Counted from the stretch's first letter, positions 39,572-52,878 are shown. The stretch is DNA of 64,000 nt from Pavona decussata (GCA_977016875.1 CDRNST010000195.1:3348001-3412000), one strand, 5' to 3'. Program-made: numbers and translations. Notes: generated from the letters alone by a model not told the origin.

Positions 39572-42500
39572 TCAACGAAACATATTCTTTACTTTGTTGT
39601 AGCACCTAGAAAAACCCTTTCTCTCTCTGATCTCATCCAATTTGGCATGGACAATAAAGATCCTCTCTATGTCTTTTTTGGATGGTCTTTCATCATACTT
39701 TGAGAAGACTTCACGAATAGCATCAACATCATCCTCGTCCCACTGCTCCCGAGTGGACCGTGAACTGTGCAAGGATTGTGCCTTGTGGTGTTCTTCAATC
39801 CAAGTGTATGTATCCTTCTGTGGTTCCTCGTTCTCCTGTTGCAGGGAGAGAAGAGTTTCTGGTGTCTGAACGGATTGGAGATATTTTATACGGTTGTATA
39901 CCTTCCTCACCATCTTGTTCTCATTTGCCAAGACAACCAGTCGCAAGCTCTCTTTCATGGTGTTTCTCACATCGGCAAAGGTGACTTTTGCGTTGGTGGT
40001 TATTTCGTCTGCAAACAGCAAATCGATGTCATCCATTTGGTCTTTGGACAACTGGGCACCATTGCTGTCTGCCTTCTGCGCTTCCTCCTCTTCTTCCTCT
40101 GTTTCCTCTTCGCCTTCTTCCTCTGTTTCCTCTTCGCCTTCTTCCTCTGTTTTCTCTTCGCCTTCTTCCTCTTCCTGGTTTTTTTCCTCTTGCTGCTCTT
40201 CGTCCTCCTCCTGTTCTTCTTCATATTGCTGGCCTTCATCCTGTTGTTTATCTTCCTCCTCAAGGCCAAGATTTTTTCTGATAATTTGATGGCTCTCATG
40301 GGCAACTCGTGTTCTCGCTGCGGTCATATAATATTTGTCAGCAGTTGATTCCTTGTGACACATATGCTTGTGCACCTTCCGTTTGTCAACGGGGTCTGCA
40401 TCATGCAGTGTTGAGGCAGTCATCCTTCTTAAGGCAGTGCTTGTTATTCTCTTGCCTTTGGCTTTCTTCCACCACTCTGCTATTCGTTTTCCAATGGTCC
40501 CGTCATTGAAAGCTTGTCCAGACGTAGTGATGAAGAGCTCATTGACGCCCTTTTGAACAAAGACAGAGCGCACATGTTTTACGTAGAGGACAATCTGATT
40601 GTGAAGGGTGTTGTTCATGGAAATGGGCGCAGGTCCTGCCGTAGAGGTTTTATGGCGGGCAACATACATCACAAAACCACCCTTTCCATCTGACTCAGCA
40701 GTCTCAAAATCTCGGAGTCTTGCCGCCTCCAAAGGACCAGGTCTTTGACCATTCTCGAGCCCCAACCTAACGATTAAATAGTCTCGGACGCAGACGAATT
40801 GACTGGTGCTGACCTTCATGTCCGCGCACTTAACAAGCAGCTGTTTGGCCTCCATGGCTGGTTTAAACGTTGTTACATTTTTGGCGTCCTCGGGTGGGAT
40901 GGCGTTTCTGGAGTCTTCTACGATTTTCTCCCACCTCTCAGTCTGATATAGGCGTGAGATGGACGATCGCCATGCCTTGACGTGTTGAACCATATGCGGC
41001 AACTTCTCTTTTAATTCTTTGCCAATCTTTGGGATTCCCCTTACACCAGTTTCATATGCATCTACAAGAAACTCAAAAAACTTTGCCAGCGAACAAAGAT
41101 AGGACTTTACCGTTCCAGGCCTCATGTTTTTTGAGTCCAGCATTGGTTGGGCCCAGTTTTTGCACACGGATATTCCTCCCTCTATAAAGAGGCAATCAAT
41201 TTCTTTTGATCCTGGGTCCAGGTGTTCGACGATCTTGCGTACATTCTGCGCATTGTGCACGGCATGTCGCTCTTTTAAATGCCCACCATTGAGACTTTGA
41301 AGGTGTTGGCAGAACATTAGGAGAAACTGATTCAACTCATCATTGGCATGGTTCTTCTTCTGATAGAAGCTTACCCAAATTTCATCTTCGTCCTCATCCT
41401 CTTCTTCTTCATAATCAGAATCGTCATGTTCTTGGACATCTTGGTCATCGGACTCATCTGGGGAATATTGTTCGTCTTTATCATGTTGTTTAGACTTTTG
41501 GGGAGTTGGCGGGATGACATCTTCGATTTCTGATGATTTTTCCTGAGGCATGAAAAAGTCTTCATCGCTGGTGTTAGTAGAGTCTTCAGAGTCCAGCTCT
41601 GCTGCCAGAAGCATCAGGCCCGATGACATTTTCTTTTTCTTAGGGGAAACCACTACGTCCTCCTCATAACCCAGATTTTGGGCTCTTCGTCTTTTAGCCT
41701 TTACTATGGACCTGTCCCACTTGAGCTCTTCCTTTTTCGCCTTGGTATTTGCGAGCCTTCTGCATTGCAAACTCGTACTGCTCTGACTGCCGGTCAAGAC
41801 GGTGAGTGCACTGGAGGTGTGTTGTTAGGTATTGCACAACTTTGTCACACATCGGGCAGATCTTTTTTTGTCGACCACGGTATCGCTTCACTGACCCATC
41901 CTCCACTGTCACCCTTTTCTTTCCCCTTTTCTTTTCCTCGTGCTTTGCCATCTCAACAAGCGCTTGTATTCTGGCAATGGGAAGCCGCTGGTTTTTGAGG
42001 CAGTGTTTTAGCTCGATGTGCCTTGCCAGACGCGTTTGTACGGTGTGGCAGACCGGGCATTCCAGCTTTCTGTCGCGCTTGCAAACATTCTACATCTTGG
42101 CCTTTCTTTGTTTCGCTAAACGTGCCGGTTTGGTCTTGGGTTTTGGGTGTTGTTCCATAGATGGCCCTTCTGCTTCAGGGGTTGGTGGACATGTTGAATC
42201 GGGACCTTCGTTAGGGTGTTGTTCGATGGATGGCCCTTCTGCTTCAGGGGTTGGTGCTTTAGATTTTGGCAGCTGATCGCGGATGATCTTCTCCACCTCA
42301 TCGACATCTTCTGAGGTTAATGGCAACAGTTTCTCGAGGTCTAGCACCTCCATATGCTCAAGATAATGCAATCTCTGGATTGCCGACATGTGTTCATCAC
42401 ACATATTTATCGTTGGCCAGAGGCCCACTTGTAAGGCTGCTTTGCCATAGAGTTGGGTGCAGTGGTAAACCTCCATCAATTGCAGCTTGCTACGTCGTTT

Positions 42501-42941
42501 GCCTTTAGTTTTCTTTGGTTTTCCTTTGGCACGCTCCATCCTTTGCATGATTGCCATAAGATTTTCAACAGTGGAAGCTGAGGTGGACTCTAAGGTTGAC
42601 GGTTGTTTGGTTGGCTCTGAGGTTTCCTCTGAGGTTGATGGTTGGTTGGTTGACTCTGAGGTTTCCTCTGAGGTTGACGGCTGCTTGGTTGGCTCTGAAG
42701 TTTCCTCTGACGTTGATGGTTTGTTGGTTGCCTCTGAGGTTGACAGTTGCTTGGTTGGCTCTGAAGTTTCCTCTGAGGTTGACGGTTGCTTGATTGGCTT
42801 TGAAGTTTCCTCTGAGGTTGACTCTGAGGTTTACTCTGAGGTTTCCTCTAAGGTTGACGGTTGGTTTTTGTTTGTAGGCGATGTTGATTCCTTTGACTGT
42901 GGTGTTTTCTTTTTCTGGTGTTTTCTCCGCCTTGGAGCCAT
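39572..42941 (-). pseudogene. Zinc-finger / tyrosine recombinase gene A; YR-containing 741-codon ORF open at 39572-41797, 5' part disrupted
   Basis: ATG at 42941 (MAPRRRKHQ), in-frame stops at ~42831 and 42090, frameshift ~41730. Fingers CPVC..LARHIELKH and CPMC..LTTHLQCTH. YR motifs ENGQRPG (R), ARHKT (K), TALRR (R), HMCH (H), DKYY (Y). Glu-rich linker and helical C-terminal repeats. Confidence 0.85.
42575..42865 (-). repeat. Coding 36-bp minisatellite (QPSTSEETSEPT-like)
   Basis: Repeated GGTTGGCTCTGA(A/G)GTTTCCTCTGAGGTTGAC units in frame with gene A's N-terminus. Confidence 0.85.
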
Positions 42942-43067
42942 CTCGGTAATATACTAAATATCTTTACTCGTATCTTGTATGTTGTATCTCGTATCTCTAT
43001 TGGTATGTAATGAAATGAAATCCCAAGCTATTGAAATTGCGCAAATAAGTGGAGCTTTCCCGAGGTT

Positions 43068-43102
43068 TTAGGGTTTTCTAACCCTAACCCTAAACCTAAC
43101 CC
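43068..43102 (-). repeat. Inverted telomeric tract with hairpin TTAGGGTT-TTCT-AACCCTAA, then CCCTAAACCTAACCC
   Basis: Seen directly, ~130 bp upstream of gene A's ATG. Confidence 0.85.
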
Positions 43103-43520
43103 GATCATTTTGATATCGTAGTACAATTAGTAAGAAATGGAATAACCTGCATGTCAAATTTCAAGCAAGGGGATTAAATCCTCGCTGAAATATTGCAGTT
43201 AAAAGTATGGCTTGTTTCCATTGCTGCCCCCCCCCCCCGGAAAAAGCCCCCCCGATCATTTTGATATCGTTGTACAATTTGTAACAAATGGAATAACCTG
43301 CATGTCAAATTTCAAGCAAGGGGGTAAAATCCTCGCTGAGATATCGCAGTTAAAAGTATGGCTTGTTTCCATTGCTGTCCCCCCCGGAAAAAGCCCCCCC
43401 GATCATTTTGATATCGTTGTACAATTGTCCACAGATGTAACAACCTGCATGTTAAATTTCAAGCAAGGGGATTAAATTGTCGCTGAGATATTACAGTTTA
43501 AAGTTTAGCCTCATTCCAAT
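43100..43520. repeat. Three ~150-bp tandem repeats upstream of gene A
   Basis: CCCGATCATTTTGATATCGT..ACCTGCATGTCAAATTTCAAGCAAGGGG units, with GATC at 43103, 43254 and 43401. Confidence 0.92.
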
Positions 43521-46500
43521 GAAAAGAAAGCGAGCAGCGGATTGGGAACGAAATATGCGTCTGGCATTTTGTGAAAATCTTTTATCGTTAATATCTCAAA
43601 GGGGATTTAACGGTTTGAAGCCCAATTTCGTATGCATGTTCTTTGTCTACCACTGGACATTTGTGCCAAAGTGCACGTCATTAGATTATCTCTTTGTAAC
43701 ATTTTCTGCTTGTTAAAGTTTTAGTTGTTTTCAGTTGTTTACTCATTTGCATATGCTTATCCTCACGTTACAAATGGTTGTTTTCATCCGCAATTGTGTT
43801 AAAAAGAATAACTAGTTCCCTCAACACTATTTTCCAAGGTCTCTTGCAGATAAACGTTACTGTTAGACTAATAGTATTGGGTTAAAGTAAACACTTGTAT
43901 ACAAGAAACATATAGAAAGACATAAATATTCATGAACTCATTTAAATATGCCAAATATGCAGCGAAAAACCGTTATATTCATAGTTAAGTGTGCTCAGAG
44001 TGAGCACTATGCCCTTAGCCACTTATTTCTATGGTTTGTTTGCCGCTGCATACTTTGCATGAGGCTTAAATTATAGACTTTTATAGAGAAAAAAAAAGCA
44101 TGACTTACCAAAGTTGAGGCTTGACTGGTCAATGGTTGATTTTCCGACACCTTCGCTTTTGTTTAATAATTTTTTTTTTCAAAATTGCCAGGTTAGCTAT
44201 CCTAACCATGTTTAGCAAAAACCTTAAGGTATTACCAACTGAGCTATTGCTTTATCAGGTCAATAGAATGTAATAATTAGTTAACCTCGCGGTATGAAGC
44301 ATTGGCTGATTTGTCGACATTTTCAGTGGACGCCATTTTAGAAATACAAAAAAACTGCTAGAAAAATCACAATGAAGTGGATGAAGACGAACAAGGTGTC
44401 GTTGGGTAGCCCTTAAAGATTGCCATCTAATGGAGGGGTCATGCGGTCTTCAAACATGTATTTAAGCGGTTGACCGCTGACCAAATTGTGAAAATTAACC
44501 TTGGAAGGTTACTGGAAAAGTGATTGTGCTTAACACAGCGATCTTTTCAACTTGGACAAATGTTTTCTATTTAATCAATACATGGGTAACAGATGCGTGG
44601 CTGACTTAAAAATGAAAGTCGTTGCAGCATGCTGCAACGAGATAATTGCCGGAAAGCTAAGGTCATTAAAAATTCAAAATGGCGGAAAAAGAAGAAGTTC
44701 AAATTCTTATATCTCCCTTTTGTTAGTGCGTTATAAGCCGATATTTGGCCAAAATAACGTAAACTAAACCTTTTTTAAAGGTGTTGTACTTTTAGCGGGC
44801 TTTAGGGATGTTAGGAACGTATTTAATCGATGTAAACATGTAAGAACTTGGAACTGTTAAAACATTACCATTTAGCAAGTTCTGCTTTCGTGTTGAGGTT
44901 TAAACAAAAAAGCAGGTTATGTAAACATCATTAAATGTGTTTGCTATTCTGGGGCTAAAACTGTTTTTAATTTATAAGTAATCCAAGTAAGTGACCATCG
45001 TTTGGTTGATTTTCCGACATTTTTGTGGTTTTTTGTTAATTTCTTTAAAATAATACCAGGTTGAGCATTGATAAGTTTACAGCCTCAGTTTCAATGTGAT
45101 TATCTTTCCTATGAAACTCATTTCAATGTCAACAGCAAAAACCAAGAAAAGATATTACGGCTGAGACCCATGGTTGATTTTCTGACAGCAAAATGAGAAA
45201 TTTTGGGGTTAAAAGGTTAAATTTGTGGTGAAGTTTTTCTTTTTAAAAGTCGGGATTTTTCATGTGTTTACACAGCAAGATGTTAACTGCTCAGGATGTT
45301 TTAATTGAGAAAACCCCTAAAATTGATGTTAAGCTAAATCTTTAGTGCAAAAAACGAAAAGTCACCTTTTGTCATTTTTTAAATTCAAGATTGATCTTAG
45401 TATTAGACCTGTGTAGTTTTATTCTTTTCGTGAACTTTTTTAACATATGATAGTTAAATGTGTTGGCTATAAGGTGACACAACCACCTTGAGTGAAAACA
45501 TTGTTGTTGGGGAGATATACTTCTAAAATGGCTATTTTAGCTCCTCACAACAAGAAAAAATGCCTATTCAGTTACCCTTAAAATTGGCCTTGTCCGTGTA
45601 GTATTAAAGTGACCAAACTTTGCGTCTGAAAAGTTGAGCTTTTTTGCTTTGGAGCTGTGTGTCATTTCTAGAACCTTAAGCTAAATTTTTAATCATTTTT
45701 TTATCAAGCAACAGGTTGTTATTGCATCAAAATGACAAAAACGTCATGAAAATCCAAGACGAAATTTCACAAAGAAGTCACTGTAGTTGAAATGTGGAAA
45801 AAGTACAAAACATTAAAAAGATGCAGAATTTGTAGAAAATAACATTTTCCTGTGTCTTGTTATAAAATTTCTTATATTTTTTACTCTTTGAAAGATGATG
45901 AAAAAAAAGGGTCATTTTGGTTGATTTTATGACAATTTGGTGACAAATGAATCTTTTTTGCCTAAAAAAGAGGTTACAAAATAAAAAGATGGCAGGGCAA
46001 AAATACAAATACTTTTCCTTACGCTGTCTTCTTCCTGGCAATGTGACGAAAAATTAAAGTAGTTTTATAATTGGTGAAAGTCATGGTTGATATCCTGACA
46101 GTCAAAAAAAACAATTTCTTGGAAAAGAAAGATTTTTAGAAAGAAAACGGTAAAAATAAATAGACATGTCTGGGCATTTTTGAATAGCGCCAAAAATCTA
46201 GTATCTGTGGAATTTTTTGTTTTTCATACACTCTTATAGTTAGGGAAATATATTCATTTAAGTTTTTTTTTCGTGTTTCAAAAGAATGAATGTGACTTTC
46301 TGAGTTTTGAGTCTTGTACAAGACATGCAGGAAGTTGGTAAAAGTTTCAAAATTCGAAAAATCGGTTTTTAAGAATGAGAGTGTATCCTAGGGTAATCTA
46401 CTGGTGTTGTTTAGCTATGTTCCAAGTCTCTAATTCGAAAAATTCTAATATTTAACCCTCTTTTTCCTCCATTTAGACTTTTCTGGTTGATTTTCTGACA

Positions 46501-46691
46501 ATTTTGCATGTCGAGATCAATAATTCAAAAACACGAGGAAATTTTTGTCGTTCACACCCCTTAATTAATAAAGGACATCATAATAGACATGTTAGCAAAG
46601 TTTCAACCTTAGGGAAAGCTGTGGGAATTTTTTACAATTTTTTCAAAAGTGAAGTCTAAACTGTCCCAAAGTGTGTTGACGAGGAACCTAA

Positions 46692-46861
46692 TTAGGGTTA
46701 GGGTTATAATCCTGTGGATTTGCCTACACGATTCGGGGCTTTGCCTACAGGTCTGGGATTTGCCTACGAGTTTCGTGGACTTGCCTACATTTTTCCGGGA
46801 CTTGCCTACTTGTAAGGGATTTGCCTACAGGGGTCATTTTTTCCATTCAGGTTTTGCCTAC
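46692..46861 (+). repeat. (TTAGGG)2TTA followed by a 7-copy GG(A/C/T)(T/C)TTGCCTAC array
   Basis: TTGCCTAC at 46720, 46741, 46760, 46781, 46802, 46821 and 46854. Preceded by TGACGAGGAACCTAA, with ATCCT between the telomeric tract and the array. Confidence 0.9.
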
Positions 46862-48533
46862 ATTTTTTTTAAATGTTGTATATTTTTATATTTTATGGCA
46901 GGTTTAGTTTGTAAATAGGTTGGGGAGGATTATTAGAGTTCTTTTTTTATGAACATTGCCCTTAGAATGTTTAAAAAAAATTTTTCGAGGTTTTAGAATT
47001 TTTTTGTTTTTAGGGCGCCATCTTGGAAAATTTTTTTTTGTCTTGTGCGTAGATTTGTAGCCATGCCAAGAGACTTACAGAAGATAGCATATAGTTATAA
47101 AAGGTCTTTAAGTGTCATTGTCAGAGAGAACCGGGCAGGGTCCACGGATCGAGGTCGGCCGTTTCCTTTCAAATTTCTCTCACAGATTACCTTTCCGATA
47201 AGATTAATAAATATTCCCTTTTAAAAAGAACTGACTTAATTTCGTGCGATTTGACCACCCCCCCTTGTTTCTGGCTAATTTGCATAACAAAATCGCTTCA
47301 AATTTGGGGTAAGTTAAGTAGGTTGTTTGACCAACTTTTTTCCGTTTCTTAAGCGTTTCTTCGATTTATGTAGAATATTTGAGATTCGATCAAACATTAT
47401 TCACAAGCTGAGTGATTATGGATAGATTTTGTGTCTTCGGAGAGCGTGCAAATTTTCGTCTTGTCTAACTTTTGCGGATTCGCCAATTTTACGCCCTTTT
47501 CAAAAGACATTTTCTCACAACTGCGCGGTTAGAATTTCAAATAAAAACGGTTTTGGCACAGTCCATCCATCAGGGTTTAATGTTCAGCAAAATTTAAATT
47601 GGGACCTACGAATCCTTTTGCGAGATTGGCCATTAAAGTTGGTCAAAATGGGCAAACCAGAATACATTTTTCCCGTCATTTTCTAATTACCAACAGACAT
47701 AAAAATTGATTTCTTTCAACCGTTTGCATTTTATCCATAAGTACACTCTTTTTATTTGTCTGAAGTGTCTGTACTGTTTAAAACGAAGGACTTAAAGTGT
47801 TTTGTACGATATTAAGTCACATTTGAGTTCTCTCACGCGATATTTTACAGCTGATACCATCTGCAATATCTTATTACGAAATATCAAATTACACGTTTGA
47901 TCAAGTCTTGTTACTTTTACCGCGAAATGATTATCTAAATAACTTGTAATCGAAAATTTACCTTTTAATTCTAGTTTTTAAATACTAGCTAAAATCGACA
48001 TGTGACTTTTAAATCGATCTTGTGACTTTTACAATACTTTGGAAACTAAAATAGTCATCTCGCATTCACGTAGACAAATTTGTGAGGTCATTGAAATACG
48101 AAATTTGATCTCTTTAAAATGTTTAACTTTTACATTCAATTTTCTTTGCTTCATTGATTTAATTATTTTTACATTTTGACAAACTATTAATATATAATAG
48201 CTTGGAAAACAAAGCACATGTCGCTGGACTGCACTGGACTCTCGCAGTTGTTGATGCGCCTTTCAATAGTGATTTGTGTGTTTTACTGCCGTCAATCATA
48301 ATTACGCCGACAACTGGCTGGCCGCAAAAATACAAAAACCGACAACAGTGGATCGAAATCCGCCAAAACAGCGCACGAACATGACTTTTTGACGCCGCTG
48401 AGCCAAACGATTTTGTTTTCTAAAAGGTCTACTGAGGTGATGTACGGTAGTGAAAAGCATAATGATTGGTTGTATTATTTTTATTTTTTTGTACTTCAGA
48501 GTCCGCATGTTTTTGAAAGCTAAGGCGCAGTAA

Positions 48534-49166
48534 GGTGATGTTACACGGGACAACTTCACAACGAAGATGTGATACAGATGCGTGGACGATTTTCTGTGAA
48601 GATTTTGCATTGCAAGTTTTTGAACCAGCTTCAAAACTTGCAACGCCAAATCACTAATTCTCCTCAAGTTGTTTCGTGTAACATACATGTCGTCAATTTT
48701 CTGTGCAACGCCCTTCCAAAACTCTATTCGTTCCAAAGGAGAAGAAAATATTTTGCAAACGCCACGTCATCCTTGCACTCAAGTTCACGAACAAGCTGGT
48801 GAAATGCACCTCTATCTTCTAGTCTTCGTAGCCAATTCTTTGCCCAAACAACTCTCCTCCTCTTATTTACTCCTTCAAAACTCTCTACTAAAAACAGCAT
48901 TAGAACGACGCTCTACGCTATCTCCACTCGGCGGCTCCAGTCCTTTTTGTTTTACAAAATAACACCTTGTGACTTGGCCATTAGTCTAATTTTTCGCACA
49001 CGATTCGTTGCACTAAAATTTAAAAATCGTTCCGTGAAACACGTGTATTGGCAACGGATTTTGCGTGCACATTGCGCTAAAATTGTTCGTGTAACATTAA
49101 ATTAAAAATCGACGCTGTCTTACGCTAACAATTGTCCTTGCGAATTGTCCCGTGTAATATCACTCT
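48534..49166 (-). mobile_element. Internally deleted PIF/Harbinger element nested in Sola3
   Basis: TIR GGTGATGTTACACGGGACAA / TTGTCCCGTGTAATATCAC with flanking TAA. Minus-strand remnant RRRVVWAKNWLRRLEDRGAFHQLVRELECKDDVAFAKYF resembles Harbinger transposase N-termini. Confidence 0.7.
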
Positions 49167-52100
49167 TAACTCGTGAATTGTTTGTAATAACTGTGTTCAC
49201 CGTATTTCATTTCCTCTCCCTTTCCCAACTAAAAGATGATTTCAAGCATAACTCGGTGTACTATGCTTGAAATCATCTTTTACTCAGACACGAGCACGAT
49301 TTTACATATTTTTCAATAGGCTCGCAGTAGGTTTTCTTCCTGGACAAAGAACCATTCGCTTCTAATCCAAGGTTTTCACAAATCACTCTAAGATCTACTA
49401 ACTTCAGAGAGTGAAGCTTGTTAGAGCTTACTAGCTCACATATGTTGTTGGAACCAACTACAATCGGATGGGTCGGCATTGCCATGTCATTCATCACAGT
49501 GGTTCTGAGTGTTTCATGAGCCACTTCAGATTGGATTGCAACAACGTCTTCTTCTGTTACATCCTCCTCTCTGATACCCCTTTGGCGCTGAACAGCTGTG
49601 AGTCTTGAAAACAAACTACTGATCTGTTGTGAACTCCTCCATTCCTCTGGCGTGAACACAAGGTAACCTTCTTCGTTTCTCACAACTTTCATTTCTTTTG
49701 CTAGCTGGACAGGGTCTGCTTTATATCCACTTCTCGCTCCATCATTAAACTTTCTCAGCAGAAATTCCTTTGACTTCTCTGTCATTCGTGAGGGTTTCTT
49801 GACAACTTTCAGGGTTCATCCCGGTTGTCTAACTTTACCACTTTCTCCAAAGCCAAGTTCAGATGTAGTACTTCTGCTTGGGCCTTGGAGATCAAGTGTA
49901 ACTCCCGTCACTCGGCTTGCCCATTGTTGATGTATCTTGTCAAACATTGACTCTGACTCCAGCTCTCGTCTATGTTTGCCTGTGTCCATGTGCTTGTCTA
50001 CCTCTGACTGCGATCTAAAAGTCAGAATGCACCCCGTCTCCCTACATGGAAAAATGTCAACCTGATTTCTAACAGTTTCTCCCAGTGTGCCACGTTCCTT
50101 GATTGATGGGCCAAAAGGTTGGATGATTTTTAAACCAGTGTCCCCTTGTGAACTGGTCTGAAGATCAGCGTAGGGTATTAGGCGTCCTGGACCAATATTG
50201 TAGGCCTTCCATACTCTCATGCCAGTGTCGTCGAAATGGAAGTTGTTTAGAATACTGATCCCCGGAATCTTGCTCTCCTTGTTTGCTTCCTTTGAGGTGT
50301 CAACTTCTACCACTGCTGCACGACATCCCTTTAGTCCACCATGTGACTCTAATGCCTCCTTCATTTCCTGAGCAGTGGTAACATTATGTTTCTTGTTTAC
50401 CCAGCGTCTGATATGGGCCTTCATAGGTGCTGCTTTTCGATCGCATATGTCCTTTCCAGCTTGCGGATCGGAAAAATCGTACCGAATTGGACGGACGCCA
50501 GTTGTCACCCCTAGTTCTTGTAAGCTGACAAGGAGTGGTCCATTATGGTAACAACCAGCATTATCAGAACGAAAAAAAGCTTTGTTAACACTGGGATATT
50601 CAATCTTGATAGTTTGTAGCAAGTTCTCGATATCGGACAAAACGGCGAAACTGTTCTGTGTGCAACTATTGAAAAGGTGAACAAAGCATTCCACTTCAAA
50701 CTTGTTACCCTCCGGTCCTATCCTACCCTGGCTAGTGATGACTGCACTGATGTGCCAACTTCTTCCTCGTTTGCCAAAGAAGTCACTCATTTGTTCGCGA
50801 TACTGCATTGGAAGAAACTTCATAGCCCAATCCATTATTATTAGGCAAGATTCACTGTCAAGTTTATTGAGCACATCTTGTTTTGCTTCTTCTTGGTTGC
50901 AAGACCGTAGGAAATGAGCCTTCCACGCCCTGATGTCGTCCAAACTCTCTGCAAACTCATATTGTGATCTTGTTTTCTGTTCTTCCGGTACCTGCAGCAC
51001 GTCATCCAGCATTTTGCCAACGTCCTCTAAGACTTTCTCAAGCGCTTCACATCTTTCACACTGGTATTGATGTTCGTGATCGCATTCACCACTAAACTCG
51101 GAAATGGCTTCGTCACTTAGAGCGTGAACAGTACAATGATCACTGCATTGCTCCTTTTTGCCAACGTGCGTCTTGTAGTCTGTTTTCAAATATCTTTTGC
51201 CATCTTTAAGTAACATTTGAGTGGAAGCTGTACTAATACCATGTTCCGCTAGACTTTCGACAATAGCTGATATATTATCAAAAGCTTCTGTTCCCTTTGG
51301 TGTGACGTTGTCAAGTCCATGCAAAGACTTTTGCATAGACGCCTCTATCATCCTGTACAGGGAGCGCTCGCTTGCTGGAAGAAAGCCCTCCTCTCTACAA
51401 TACTCCATGTATTGGCTTATTATTCGAGAAGGAATAAGTGTTCTGATTACTGCAGGGATAATTATTCTTTCGCCGGAATCGAGCTTCATGGTTTTAGTGC
51501 CGAAGGCCACATCTTGTACAAACTCTGGCCTTGAAATGAAGTTGATAAAGTGGTCGACTTTGACAGGGTCAATTTTGGTGCGGTATATGGGACTCTCGAG
51601 AGGTGGCTGTCCTTTACCGGCTACTGTTGTGTGTTGACGGGCTTGATCTATTCTCCATTTGGACAAACCTGGAACTATATCTTGCAGCTCGCTTTGTGTG
51701 AAGTCGTTCGCAAAGAGTGAGAGAATCTGGCGCTTTGTCTGCCAGGAGTCAGCTTGATTATAAGCCTTTATTAATACTTCTACGATCCCTGTAGATGAAT
51801 CAAAGCGCTTGCGCTTAGATGTATTCTCCAATAGTGGCTCCGTCTGTAATGCCTTCCACACAAGCTCCTCTTGCCCTGGTGCTATAACGGAGAGAGAGGC
51901 AGTAAAGGTCTCCTTAACCTTGCGTACGTAGTAGCGCTGCTGCGTGTCAGAAATATCATTCTAATCAGTATTCAGTGTCGACCGCACAGGGCTGTACCGT
52001 CCATCTGAGATATCGACTGCTTCATTTAACTTTTGCCTCTTTCGATTTTGCTCCTCTATCTCATCGATCCAAATGCTAACTTCCTCTTCAGGAATAGAAC

Positions 52101-52878
52101 TGTGCGCCGATTGTGAGGACTGTGAAGACTGCGAGGATTGTGAGAATGTCAATGAACTGACTGTTTCCAAACAGACACCAGCCACGGGCTCATCGATTTC
52201 AGTTGGTTGGGGTGCCAAAACATCACCGGCCTCGGGTGCATCTTCTTCATTTGATTGGGGTGCTGAAAGCTAGAAAATATAAATTCAGTTTATCGCGAAA
52301 CAGTTCGTTGATTTCTCAGCGTTTTGAACACTCACCATGTTAAGATCTTTGATCGAATAAGCAAATATAAATTACCAACCTCTTTTTTGCTTTTGATGTC
52401 ACGTGCCTTGTAATTTTCTTTGCGGCAAATTGTACATATGACTACAGTTGGACAAGAAATAGATCGTACATTAAAAAGTACTAGAAACGTTAAATTAAAC
52501 GCTAAACAAATTATCAAATCTAATCACAGCAATTAGGGCAGTGGTTCTCAGCATGTATATATGCAAGTAAACCGCTCGTGGATTCCTGTTTCCTGTCATG
52601 TAGGCCCTTCTCTATTTCAGAGACAGAAAGCCTAAAAGCAACAAGATATCACTTACACTCTTTTCTTTTCTTTTTGTCTCTTTTATAGTCAAAAATTCTT
52701 CGGAAAAGTCGAGATATCGACGAGATTTGCGGTTACGGACAAACTCTACAGAAACATGCACCTCCTTCATTTGGGGTAACAAGAACAGTACACAGAACTC
52801 AATTATAAAACTGACGGGAGGGAATACCACAGGCCACCAATTCGCAACAGTAATAGTATATTTTGTGAGGCCAGGAAT

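Larger units (their letters stand above)
38515..46660 (-). mobile_element. YR element A (telomere-repeat / iteron-like end family); boundaries approximate
   Basis: Left-end module (TTAGGG plus motif array), hairpin cluster, YR gene and upstream repeats. The end motif recurs as dispersed copies out to 46500, and the element abuts the homologous end of element B. Confidence 0.6.

Noticed and set aside
39760-40556. Hydrophobic or Ser-rich plus-strand ORFs over gene A (likewise 42487-42957 and 57915-58538)
   Set aside because: Antisense shadows of Glu-rich and minisatellite coding sequence.
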